From positions 88,047 through 152,046 of IMG/VR virus record IMGVR_UViG_3300050821_010639: 64,000 nucleotides of DNA. The stretch is one strand, 5' to 3'. A model generated the notes under the pieces. That model did not search any database and was not told where the DNA came from. It worked only from the letters and a program-made list of their open reading frames with translations. The number at the start of each line of letters is the position of its first letter. Position 1 is the stretch's first letter. The DNA is from a virus. A program made the position numbers and the translations under genes. Positions 49,911-58,437 of the stretch are shown here, one piece after another.

Positions 49911-50400
49911 CTGCGCTGCCCGGGTACGGCGTCGGGCTGCCTGGCTTGAGCATCTGGGATACCTCGAAAACCTGGGTCTCGATGTGGTGCGCGCCGAACA
50001 GGTTCTGCGCGACGTCGGGGATGAGCCGGACCTCGAACGTGCCGAAGATCGGGCCCTGCACGCACTGCAGGCGGTCGCCCGCCTTGACCAGCGACGCGCC
50101 GTTGGCGTCAGGCGCGGGGTCAAAGTAGCAGACACCCGTGCGGTCGGGGGCACGGCCGGCCACGACGGGGGCGGGCTGGTCCTTGCCGGGCCGCAGGAAC
50201 GTCAGGTCAAGGCGGCACTGCAGCAGGCCGGGCGTGTTCAGGTAGTGGTCCACCACCTGGTCCACCGGGTCCCAGGCGAACGCCATGCCGCCGCCGGAGT
50301 TCAGCGTCTCGTTGAGGCGGAGCACCTGGCAGACCGAGGTGTAGAACATCCGCATGCCCTGGCCAGGCGCGAACGGCTGGTAAGGCTGCGGCGTGGTCAT
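49903..50400 (-). CDS. Putative head-closure (stopper) protein
   Basis: VKAGDRL...FEV...HHIE; synteny. Confidence 0.65.
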   Translation of the reverse strand: MTTPQPYQPFAPGQGMRMFYTSVCQVLRLNETLNSGGGMAFAWDPVDQVVDHYLNTPGLLQCRLDLTFLRPGKDQPAPVVAGRAPDRTGVCYFDPAPDANGASLVKAGDRLQCVQGPIFGTFEVRLIPDVAQNLFGAHHIETQVFEVSQMLKPGSPTPYPGSADG

Positions 50401-50666
50401 GCACTGGGAATCGGAGGCCGCTTCATCACCCTGAGCGTGACCCGGCCGGGAGCGGCCGGGTAGACGCGCAGGTTCATAACCGGAGACGGCCGGAAGCTCA
50501 GCTCGGGCACCGCCTGGATGTCGATCATGTGCCCGTCAAAGTCGAACTCAGTGTCCACCAGCAGGTCCGTGCCTTCCGCTACCGCCGAGGACCCGTCCGG
50601 GTAGTAGAGGTAGATCGCGAGCCGGACCGCCCGCTGGCGGGTACCGTGGTCAAACGGGATCGTCAC
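50397..50666 (-). CDS. Hypothetical protein
   Basis: Coupled. Confidence 0.6.
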   Translation of the reverse strand: MTIPFDHGTRQRAVRLAIYLYYPDGSSAVAEGTDLLVDTEFDFDGHMIDIQAVPELSFRPSPVMNLRVYPAAPGRVTLRVMKRPPIPSA

Positions 50667-50803
50667 CAGTTCACCCTGCCGTACAGCAGCAGGTCCCCGA
50701 TGATGAACAACGCGGAGAACACGATGCCCGCGCCAATAGCGAACAGCAGCGTGAACAGGACCCTGTGCCAGAGCCTGTACCCCTGCACCCCCCGGTGAGC
50801 CAT
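50663..50803 (-). CDS. Small membrane protein
   Basis: Single TM helix; TGATG coupling. Confidence 0.55.
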   Translation of the reverse strand: MAHRGVQGYRLWHRVLFTLLFAIGAGIVFSALFIIGDLLLYGRVNW

Positions 50804-50949
50804 CACACCACCTGCCAGCCGTGCCCGTGAAAGAGGTTCCACACCTTGCCGTGCACGCTCTCCGGGTAGTACCACTGGGTGGCCCACCCCGGCGGCGCGA
50901 AAAAAGCCCAGAGCCCGCCGAAGAGCCCGTCGTTCGCCAGCTTCCTCAT
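50803..50949 (-). CDS. 48-aa aromatic-rich protein (not in the ORF track)
   Basis: MRKLANDGLFGGLW...; coupled at both ends. Confidence 0.5.
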   Translation of the reverse strand: MRKLANDGLFGGLWAFFAPPGWATQWYYPESVHGKVWNLFHGHGWQVV

Positions 50950-51389
50950 GCAGCCGGGATCGGCGCGTACCTCTTCACCGGGATGCCGTGGCCCTCAGCG
51001 TAGCGCGCGCAGTGCCCGGTGCCGTGCGTAACGTGGAAAGGCCAGCCCGGGTCAGGCTGCTTGCCCCTGCACTCCTGCCGCTCGCAGGGCAGCCCGAACG
51101 CCAGGCAGCCCCACGCACCCAGGTCCACCATCTCCGCGCTGCGCCGGAACCCGGCACTGCGGTCGAACGAGCCGCTGGCGTACCAGTCCACCGGGTGGCG
51201 CTCGGTGCCGCCGCCCAGGTACGCGTCCCAGAACGTCTCGCACAGCAGGTCCGCCCCGCGCGGGCACCCGCCGCTGACCAGCAGGATGTCCGGGTCGAAG
51301 TCCCACAGCCTCTTCAGGGGCTTGCGGATGGCGCCCCAGTCGTCCCAGTCCTGCGACCCGGTGACCAGCAGGCGGCGGCGCTCAGCCAC
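50946..51389 (-). CDS. SLOG/YspA (DUF2493-like) nucleotide-binding protein
   Basis: RLLVTGSQDW...LVSGGCPRGAD...HPVDW...AGFRR...GTGH. Confidence 0.85.
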   Translation of the reverse strand: MAERRRLLVTGSQDWDDWGAIRKPLKRLWDFDPDILLVSGGCPRGADLLCETFWDAYLGGGTERHPVDWYASGSFDRSAGFRRSAEMVDLGAWGCLAFGLPCERQECRGKQPDPGWPFHVTHGTGHCARYAEGHGIPVKRYAPIPAA

Positions 51390-51771
51390 CGAGGTAGCGA
51401 ATCGTGTCTTCTTCCACCATGTCGGCGAACCGGCGCGCACCGTTGACGATGGCCTCGCAGCTCTTGGTGTCGTCTCGCTGGTACCGCAAGACGCCGAAGA
51501 ACCCGGTCGCGAACACCGCCGGGCCGTCCGTCGACAGTACGGCCACCGCCTCGGCCCCGTTCCACCTCGGCTGCCACTCGAAGTTCGCGAACTTCAGCTC
51601 TTCGAGGCCCTGGGCCTTGAGCGCGGTTAGCAGCGCGCCGTTACCCGGCAGCTGGGCCACCTGCGTGAGCGCGTCCCAGAACGCCTGCTTGGCCCGAGCC
51701 CGGTCTTCCGCCGACACGTCGGCCTGGTCACATCCGGCGACCTTAGCCGCCAGCTCCCTGTAAATGTCCAT
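51382..51771 (-). CDS. Hypothetical protein
   Basis: DIYRELAAKV...V..EDRARAK resembles a PolA-type helix motif. Confidence 0.6.
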   Translation of the reverse strand: MDIYRELAAKVAGCDQADVSAEDRARAKQAFWDALTQVAQLPGNGALLTALKAQGLEELKFANFEWQPRWNGAEAVAVLSTDGPAVFATGFFGVLRYQRDDTKSCEAIVNGARRFADMVEEDTIRYLGG

Positions 51772-51784
51772 GCCCGTACTACGC

Positions 51785-52363
51785 TTAAGACGGGTCGGCC
51801 GGGAAGCTCTCCGCGCTGATGCTGAAGAACTGGAAGTCGATCTTGTCGTGGTCAGCCGGGCCGACCAGCACCATCCGCTGCTCGCGCGGGTCCCACTTGA
51901 CGTAGGCGAGGTCATCGCGCCCGGTGTGCTCGAAGCCCGTGACCTGGCCGAAGAACACGCCATTCATCGCCTGGCGCCGGGCCAGGCGCCGGATGGCCAG
52001 GTCGAACATCTGCACGCCAGTCTGCTCGGACGTGACCTCGATCGCCTGCGCGTTGCGGGCCATCTCCTGGACCGGCTTGGAGTAGGAGTAGGAGCCGATC
52101 GTCTCGGCCTGCAGCGGGCTCGCCAGCACCTGCGCGTACGGCCAGCGCAGGTACAGGTAGTCGGCCATCGCCATCACGCCCATGTTGGCCAGGGCCTGGA
52201 AGTCCGGCTGCATGCCGCCGTAGTCGTCCGCGCTCAGCTCGCTCAGGATGGTGAACATCATCGTCGCCTGCAGCAGCGCCGAGTTCACGTAAGCGGTGTA
52301 GCTGGCCAGCGGCCGGCCGGTGTACTGCGCCAGCTCCTGCGAAGTCGGCACGGGCCAGGTCAT
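51785..52363 (-). CDS. Head-tail adaptor protein
   Basis: PT..ELA.YTG, ETIGSYSYSK motif; after the capsid gene. Confidence 0.8.
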   Translation of the reverse strand: MTWPVPTSQELAQYTGRPLASYTAYVNSALLQATMMFTILSELSADDYGGMQPDFQALANMGVMAMADYLYLRWPYAQVLASPLQAETIGSYSYSKPVQEMARNAQAIEVTSEQTGVQMFDLAIRRLARRQAMNGVFFGQVTGFEHTGRDDLAYVKWDPREQRMVLVGPADHDKIDFQFFSISAESFPADPS

Positions 52364-52704
52364 GCGCCCTCCAGCAGCGCTGACAGGTCCACGGAGGCCC
52401 CCAGGGCGGACGGGACCGAGATGCCCTCGTAGGGGGGAGGGTTGTTGTCAGCGCTGGTCAGCCGCAGCGTGACGGTGTAGGTGAACGCCGGGCTCACGGC
52501 GTCGGTCGCCGGGATGGTCACCGGGAGCATCACCCCGTCCGTGACCTGCGCCATGGCCGACCCGAAGACCACGAGGTCAGCGGCCGGATCGGCGACAGGC
52601 TCGCTGGCGGTGAAAACCACGTAGCCGGACAGGGGCGCCCCGCCGAAGTCGCGGAGGTTCTCGCCAGTAACCTCGATCGCGGCCAGCCCGCCGGGGAAGG
52701 TCAC
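52360..52704 (-). CDS. Putative virion protein
   Basis: G.PLSG.V.F...IPATD...FTYTV...VDLS motif. Confidence 0.65.
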   Translation of the reverse strand: MTFPGGLAAIEVTGENLRDFGGAPLSGYVVFTASEPVADPAADLVVFGSAMAQVTDGVMLPVTIPATDAVSPAFTYTVTLRLTSADNNPPPYEGISVPSALGASVDLSALLEGA

Positions 52705-52710
52705 GGCTGC

Positions 52711-53424
52711 TCACCCGAACGCCGGGGCCGGCACCGCCCGGCCGCGCCTGCGCTCGGCCTCGTCGGCGTCGCGCAGTTGCTGCACGGTCGGTCCGGTGAT
52801 GGCGACCTTGTTGCCCTGCGCGTCCCGGCCGAAAAGCTGCTCGAAGCTGCCGTAAGCCTCAGCGTAGGAAGAGCGGCCGGGCCACGGGCCGAAGTCAAAC
52901 TTCTGCTCGCCCCAGCGGTCGGCCTGCTGCCAGCGGTTCAGGGTGATCCAGCCGAGTGCCTCGGTCCAGCGCGGATGGTCCGGGCCGATCGACAGCTCCT
53001 GGCCGCGGTACCAGACCTGGCCGAACGCGGTCAGCCCGTCAGCGACGAAGTGAATGAGGACGGCCTCGCCCTCCGCCGGCACGTACTGCTGGGGGGCACT
53101 CTCGAACTGCGCGGCGGCGGCCACGGCGGCGGCATGCTCCCGCTCACGGTCAGCTTTTTCCGCCGGGGTCAGCTCGGCCGCGGGCTTGGGCCGCTGGGGC
53201 TCGCCGCGCACCGGGATGGACGCGCCGACTGGCAGCCCGCACGCGCCGCAGAACCGCATGCCGGGCGCGTTGGGGTGCCCGAGCGGGCAGGAAGACGCAA
53301 TCTCCGTTGGAACCCCGGGCGGCGGTTCCAATCTTGAGGCGGTTTCGTTGGAGGTGCTGGGGCACAGCCGCTCGGAAAGGGCCACCACGTCGATTACGGC
53401 CTGCTCGCCGCTCAGTCCTGCCAT
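52711..53424 (-). CDS. Zinc-ribbon-containing protein
   Basis: CPLGHPN...RFCGACG; start set by the late motif at -14. Confidence 0.7.
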   Translation of the reverse strand: MAGLSGEQAVIDVVALSERLCPSTSNETASRLEPPPGVPTEIASSCPLGHPNAPGMRFCGACGLPVGASIPVRGEPQRPKPAAELTPAEKADREREHAAAVAAAAQFESAPQQYVPAEGEAVLIHFVADGLTAFGQVWYRGQELSIGPDHPRWTEALGWITLNRWQQADRWGEQKFDFGPWPGRSSYAEAYGSFEQLFGRDAQGNKVAITGPTVQQLRDADEAERRRGRAVPAPAFG

Positions 53425-53614
53425 GCCGGGGGTATCGGCGGCCAGAAATCGGGAGGGCCGGGTAGCGGCTTTGCCCGCGAGGCCCCTCTGTTCCTGAGCG
53501 GGGCCAGCCCTCTTAGTCGCGAGCCAGCAGTTAGCGCCCGTCCCTCCCTCATTCCCGGTGCCGGGTCCGGGGGCGGCCCCGTGCCACGGCACGGTAACTA
53601 CTACGGCCAGGGTC

Positions 53615-53689
53615 CTACTCATAGGCGAGGACCAGGCTGACTGCGGCGAGGATGAAACTGAGCCATGCTATGGCCCTGCTCTTGTCCAC
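53615..53689 (-). CDS. 24-aa hydrophobic peptide (type I toxin-like)
   Basis: AAGGAGGTG RBS; MDKSRAIAWLSFILAAVSLVLAYE. Confidence 0.6.
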   Translation of the reverse strand: MDKSRAIAWLSFILAAVSLVLAYE

Positions 53690-53714
53690 TGCCGCCACCT
53701 CCTTCCGGTGCGCA

Positions 53715-53747
53715 AGAAGACCCCGGCCGCCATAGCCGGGGTCTTCT
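53715..53747 (-). terminator. Terminator after the capsid gene
   Basis: AGAAGACCCCGGC-N7-GCCGGGGTCTTCT. Confidence 0.75.
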
Positions 53748-53776
53748 CTGTACTGGGCTCGATGACAGGCTCCAGG

Positions 53777-54982
53777 CTAGTCGATCGGGCTGCCGCCCCC
53801 GACGACGCCCATCGAGCCAGCGTAGTAGCCGGCCGGGGCATTGCCGCCGTTGGAGACGATGTTGGTCGCCACCAGCATCTGCTCGGGCCGGGTGATGATA
53901 GGGAGCATGTGCCACTCCAGCAGGTACTGGCGGGCCGAAGGGTCCTTTTCCTTCCAGGTCTTCGCGTACTTGCCGGTGAAGCCCTCGGGGGCCTCGTCGT
54001 CGGCGGTCGGGCCGATCAGCACTTCCACCGGCCGCTGATCCTGGTAGTTGCCCATGTAAATCTGGCCGTCAGGCACGAAGAACGTCAGGTTGCCGAGGTC
54101 GGACTCGAAGACCTGCTCCACCGTGGTCCAGACGAGGCCCATGAAGCCGGTCATGATGCCGGTCGAGTAGAACTCGTCCTTCATCCGGTCACTCAGCATG
54201 GTGGCCGGGATCGACACGGTGGACGCCTGGGTGGCCGAGACCCACGCCTCCATCAGGGCGACCATGGTCACCGAGGTGGCGAAGATCTCCTTGGCCGGCA
54301 CCCGGCCGTGAACCTGCAGCAGCCTCTTCCAGGACCGGACGTCCTCGATGATGCTCACCGGCGTGGCGTAAGTGACGGTGCCGCCGGAGTTCAGGTTGGT
54401 GTTGGCCTGGCCCAGGGTGGCCGCGTTGCCCGGCGCGCCGCTGTTGGTCGAGCTTCCGCCCGCGGTGTAGTAGCCGAGCGCGGTGTTGGTCACCCACGCG
54501 GTCGCCGGGACGACGAAGTGGCTGCGCGGGAACTTGTAGTCGATCGTGGCCTGGACGTCGGCGTAGTTGTACTGGATCGCGCCGCCCAGCGCCTGCCACG
54601 CCGACCACTCGGCGAAGTTGTCGAACCGCTGGTTGAGGTCGTTGATCTCCCTCAACACCGCGCGCTCGGCGTTGATGCGGGCGATCTCGCCCGGGGTCCT
54701 GAGCCAGTGCAAAGTGGTGGGCTCGAAGACCTTCTTCTCGCGAAGGTAGATGAAGCTCGCCGACTCCTGCGAGCGGCCGAGGCGCGAGATGATGTGCGCT
54801 TCGCTGTTGGGCACGTTCGGCTTGGCGACCGCGCGGCTCCCCTTCACCACGTCCCAGGTAGCGCTGGGGAAAGGCCAGGGGGTCTGGTCCAGCCGGTTGA
54901 GCAGCAGGAGGGTCTCAGGCGTCACGAACTTCTCGACGACCCCTCGCAGCACAACTGGCTCAAGAAGGCTGATATCAGGCAC
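53777..54982 (-). CDS. Major capsid protein (lambda gpE-like family)
   Basis: 401 aa; EW.AWQAL.G.I, IDY..P..H, W...DPS....L...MLP. Confidence 0.9.
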   Translation of the reverse strand: MPDISLLEPVVLRGVVEKFVTPETLLLLNRLDQTPWPFPSATWDVVKGSRAVAKPNVPNSEAHIISRLGRSQESASFIYLREKKVFEPTTLHWLRTPGEIARINAERAVLREINDLNQRFDNFAEWSAWQALGGAIQYNYADVQATIDYKFPRSHFVVPATAWVTNTALGYYTAGGSSTNSGAPGNAATLGQANTNLNSGGTVTYATPVSIIEDVRSWKRLLQVHGRVPAKEIFATSVTMVALMEAWVSATQASTVSIPATMLSDRMKDEFYSTGIMTGFMGLVWTTVEQVFESDLGNLTFFVPDGQIYMGNYQDQRPVEVLIGPTADDEAPEGFTGKYAKTWKEKDPSARQYLLEWHMLPIITRPEQMLVATNIVSNGGNAPAGYYAGSMGVVGGGSPID

Positions 54983-55119
54983 TGCTAGCCCCTCATGTCC
55001 GGGTTCGCTCGGTTAGTCAGCGACCCGGGATTCCGAGTCCGGCCTGCGCCGCCCCGGGAAGGGGCCACATGGCTGGCCTGGCCGCGCCACGGCGGTTACC
55101 CCGTCCTATCGGACACGGC

Positions 55120-55159
55120 AAAAAGCCGCGCCCCGGGGGCTCGCATCCCGGGGCGCGGC
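55120..55159 (-). terminator. Rho-independent terminator
   Basis: GCCGCGCCCCGGG stem followed by TTTTT. Confidence 0.8.
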
Positions 55160-55191
55160 AGTGGCGGTTTACCGCTTAACCGTCAATATCA

Positions 55192-55518
55192 CTAAGCAGG
55201 CGGCACCAGGGTGTTGAGCCCGCCGACCGAAGTGTCCAGCGCTGCCTGGTTCTGCGCGAGCGAGGCGACCGCGGCGTTGAGGTCCGAGGTGTCCACGTTC
55301 TGCGGCAGGGCCGCGAGCGCGGCCTGGATATTGGTCACGTCGGTGCCGATGGCGGCCGACTGGGCCTGAAGGTCACCCATGGTCGCGTTGATCTGGGTGA
55401 CCGCCGCGTTGATGTCGTCTTGAGCTGCCACGATTTCTCCTAGCTTGCCGTCGATCTGGGACAGCCTCTGGTCCAGCCGGCGCTCAAGCGCGGCAAGGTC
55501 TGCCCGGGTAACCCACAC
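55192..55518 (-). CDS. Coiled-coil hypothetical protein
   Basis: Heptads; GTG 14 nt after CCGATA. Confidence 0.65.
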   Translation of the reverse strand: MWVTRADLAALERRLDQRLSQIDGKLGEIVAAQDDINAAVTQINATMGDLQAQSAAIGTDVTNIQAALAALPQNVDTSDLNAAVASLAQNQAALDTSVGGLNTLVPPA

Positions 55519-55535
55519 GCCGGGGCTATCGGTCA

Positions 55536-56225
55536 CTAGAAGATGAAGGCGTTGACCCCGACACCGGTCGGCACGACGCCGGCGGCCGACGGGGGGACGC
55601 CGTCCATCGGGCCGCCGGGGAACGGGGCGCCGAGGGAAGCGCCGGAGACCGCGCCGCCGTAGGGGACGTACCGGGCACCGAGCAGCACCATCGCCTGGCC
55701 CGCGCCGGAGCCGAGGCCCTGGCCGTTGATGATGTTGGTCGTGTCGGTGCCGGAGACCACGTTGCCGTTGAGGATGCCGCGGATGACCATGTTGCCGAGC
55801 GCGTCGCCGGCCACCTTGCCCCCCGGGCTCGCCGGGAAGACGACCGCGCCGCCGGCCAGCGTGATGCCGCCGGGGTTCACGTTGTTGGTTCCGGCGTTGT
55901 AGGCCGACAGGCTGGCCGCGCCGGGGCCGCCGGTGTCGCGACCGTCGCGCAGCACGCCGACCGGGACCTGCCGCCCGTCGGTCGCGCCCGCCTGGTAGGA
56001 GAAGTACTTGCCGGAGGCGACGTGCCGGGCGATGATGCAGCCGGTCGGGAGCACGCCCTGGCCGGCCGCGAGGGTGACCCCGCGCTGGGTGAAGCCGGCG
56101 TAGCTGAGCAGCAGCTCCTGGACGGCCTCGGCGTGAAACTCGTCGCCGAACCCCTGGCCGTACTCGTGCGTCGGCTTGACGTACCCCGGCGGGTAGTCGA
56201 ACTCGAAAGAGTCACTCTGTGGCAT
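55536..56225 (-). CDS. Head decoration protein (gpD-like)
   Basis: VTLAAGQGVLPTG...SGKY..Y...ATDGRQVPVGVL; precedes the capsid gene. Confidence 0.85.
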   Translation of the reverse strand: MPQSDSFEFDYPPGYVKPTHEYGQGFGDEFHAEAVQELLLSYAGFTQRGVTLAAGQGVLPTGCIIARHVASGKYFSYQAGATDGRQVPVGVLRDGRDTGGPGAASLSAYNAGTNNVNPGGITLAGGAVVFPASPGGKVAGDALGNMVIRGILNGNVVSGTDTTNIINGQGLGSGAGQAMVLLGARYVPYGGAVSGASLGAPFPGGPMDGVPPSAAGVVPTGVGVNAFIF

Positions 56226-56256
56226 CAGCCGCGCTCCTCGCTGCGCCTATCCCCGG

Positions 56257-57396
56257 TTACTGCCGGGTCCCGTCGGAGGTGAAGAAGTCCTTGTGCTGCG
56301 CGGTGAGCCGCGCCACCTCGGCGTCGATGTCCTGCTCCTGGCGCTGCTCGCCGTCCGGGCCGGACAGCCCCACCTGCTGGTCGAGCTTCACGTACGGACG
56401 GTCAGCCGGGGCGAGGATGGCGTCCAGGTCATCGCGGCGGGACAGCGCCATCTCGATGGCTGCAGCCCTGGCCTTGGGCAGCAGGCGGCCGGCCCCGATG
56501 TAGCCGTCCACCTCGGTCATGGCCGCCCGGCGCTGCAAGCCGGTCACCGTCTCGCGCAGGCCCTTGTTGTCCGCGGCCAGCTCGACCACCGCAGCGGTGA
56601 CGTCGGACAGGCTCACCGTGCCCGGGTCAGCGGACAGCTGGAACGTGCCCGAGTCCTTGAGTGCCTCCGCGACGGCGACGGGCAGCGCCTGCATGAACTC
56701 GGCCGACAGCGCGGCGGCGTCCGGGGCCGCAGTGGCGGCGGCCTGCAAGGCGGCGACGTCGATGCCGTGCTCGTTCTTCAGAGCGGCGAGCAGCTCTTCC
56801 CTGGTAAGCGGCACGGTTTCCTCCGGCACGGGAGTCAGGACGACGACTTCTCCGGTGCTATCGGCTGACGCGGCAAGGACTTCCTTGTAGTCGTCTAGGT
56901 CCACGCAGTACGGCCGGTTTGTCACCGCGACGTGGAGGAGTGTTGGGCCGACCTTCTTGTCAGTCCGCGTATCGGTGTAGTTCGTGCTCAGGAACGCAGA
57001 CGCACCCAGGTACGTCTTGCCGAGGCGGGCCGCCGCCTGCTCGTCGCGCGCGTCGATGAGGGCGTACACCTTGTCACCACGGGACTTGATGCCGACGACT
57101 TCACCGATGTTGGCATCAGGGTTCTCCACGTGCTCGTTCCTCGCGTTAGCGAGGGGCACCTGGACGATGGGACAGACTCCGGCCTTGAAGTTCGCCTCCA
57201 TCGCAGACACGAAGCCATCGTCAATATTGATCCGGACCTTGGTCACCGGATGAATAAGCGGGCCTTTGTTGAGGATGTGCTTTTCGAACAGCCGGCCTGT
57301 GACCTGGCGCGACCGGGCCAGCTCCACCGGGACGTCCTCAACCGGCCGGAAGGCTCCGCCAGGGGCGGGCACGATGTAACGAAGGTCATCGCCCAT
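56257..57396 (-). CDS. Prohead protease/scaffold (Mu gpI-like)
   Basis: M..NF, N.H, YLGASA, GPTLLHVAVTNRPY; helical C-terminal scaffold. Confidence 0.85.
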   Translation of the reverse strand: MGDDLRYIVPAPGGAFRPVEDVPVELARSRQVTGRLFEKHILNKGPLIHPVTKVRINIDDGFVSAMEANFKAGVCPIVQVPLANARNEHVENPDANIGEVVGIKSRGDKVYALIDARDEQAAARLGKTYLGASAFLSTNYTDTRTDKKVGPTLLHVAVTNRPYCVDLDDYKEVLAASADSTGEVVVLTPVPEETVPLTREELLAALKNEHGIDVAALQAAATAAPDAAALSAEFMQALPVAVAEALKDSGTFQLSADPGTVSLSDVTAAVVELAADNKGLRETVTGLQRRAAMTEVDGYIGAGRLLPKARAAAIEMALSRRDDLDAILAPADRPYVKLDQQVGLSGPDGEQRQEQDIDAEVARLTAQHKDFFTSDGTRQ

Positions 57397-57516
57397 GCCC
57401 CGGGTAATCGGACTAAAGCGGAAACGTCCTGGCCTCGGGGTTCAGCACCACGTACCGGCCGAACCGCTGACCCGCCTGAACAAACCTCCTTGGCGTTCCC
57501 ACACGTCTTACTACGC

Positions 57517-57735
57517 CTAAGGCGTCTTCCGCCTGCGGTAGCTGAAGGCAGGCGACCGGGCCATGATGTCGTCGGCTGCCTGGCGGAGGATGTCCTCTGC
57601 CAGCGACGGGTCAGTTTTCGCCACCCGGGCAGCCCTGCGCACGCTGGCCGCCGCATCGTCCAGCCCGGCAGCCTCCAGGCGGTCGGCGATCTCGGCTGCC
57701 TCGGCCGGTATGTCCCCGTCCTGCCGGATGATCAT
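57517..57735 (-). CDS. Hypothetical helical protein
   Basis: AGAGG RBS; -10 TAGACT upstream. Confidence 0.6.
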   Translation of the reverse strand: MIIRQDGDIPAEAAEIADRLEAAGLDDAAASVRRAARVAKTDPSLAEDILRQAADDIMARSPAFSYRRRKTP

Positions 57736-57742
57736 GTTTCCT

Positions 57743-57772
57743 CTTGACTGGAGTCTAGCAATCGTGCAGAAT
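57743..57772 (+). promoter_or_regulatory. Divergent promoter plus degenerate operator
   Basis: TTGACT-N17-CAGAAT; CTTGACTGGAGTCTAG. Confidence 0.65.
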
Positions 57773-57822
57773 GGGTTCCGCTGCAGCAGTCCGTGCAAAC
57801 TTCTACGGCAGGAGAACAGCAA

Positions 57823-58047
57823 GTGCAGACGGCAGGACATCAGGCCGGCCCGACCTGGGTCAAGAGTTCGCTGAGTTTCGCGAACGGCAACTGCGTTGAG
57901 GTAGCGAGCCTGTCCGGCGGCGAAGTTGGCGTCCGGAACAGCAGGGATGCTGCAGGCGCGGTTCTCCGCTTCACGCCAGACGAATGGCGCGCGTTCATCG
58001 GTGGCGTTCAGAGCGGCGAATTCGACAGGTTCGGCCAGCAGGGCTAA
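57823..58047 (+). CDS. DUF397 (BldB-like) protein
   Basis: WVKSSLS..NGNCVEVA...VGVRNSRD..G.VLRFTPDEWRAFI.GV..GEFD. Confidence 0.95.
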   Translation: MQTAGHQAGPTWVKSSLSFANGNCVEVASLSGGEVGVRNSRDAAGAVLRFTPDEWRAFIGGVQSGEFDRFGQQG

Positions 58048-58197
58048 CTCGTCAGCGTCAGGGGCCGCGGTCCCGTCAGCGTCAGCAGCCCCCGGGTCGA
58101 TGGTGACCCGGGGGCTGCTTTCATTCTCCGGCGGCGGCTCCGGCTCCTCGCGCACGGCCCACTCACCGTCGTCCCGCGTCACCCACTCACTGCCCAT
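58045..58197 (-). CDS. 50-aa acidic protein, apparently ending at an in-frame TTA
   Basis: Late motif at -14; TTA at 58047-58045 is the complement of the DUF397 TAA stop. Confidence 0.5.
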
Positions 58198-58203
58198 ACA
58201 GCG

Positions 58204-58437
58204 CTAATCGGGCTGGTACTCCACCAGGCCGGGCACGCCGGCGAGGACCGTGGCGGCGCGCTCCAGGTCGTCCTCGGTGCCGGAGACGGTCAGCCCGCCG
58301 TCGGTCATGGAATGGATGTCGAGAGGGCCGAAGACGTACCGCACCCGGTGCTCCCTGGCGTACTCGAACAGCGTGAGCACGGCCAGCGCGTAAGAGACGT
58401 TGCCGTCCGCGAACCACTGGCGCGTCTTGTCAGCCAC
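58204..58437 (-). CDS. Hypothetical protein
   Basis: Coupled ORF. Confidence 0.6.
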   Translation of the reverse strand: MADKTRQWFADGNVSYALAVLTLFEYAREHRVRYVFGPLDIHSMTDGGLTVSGTEDDLERAATVLAGVPGLVEYQPD

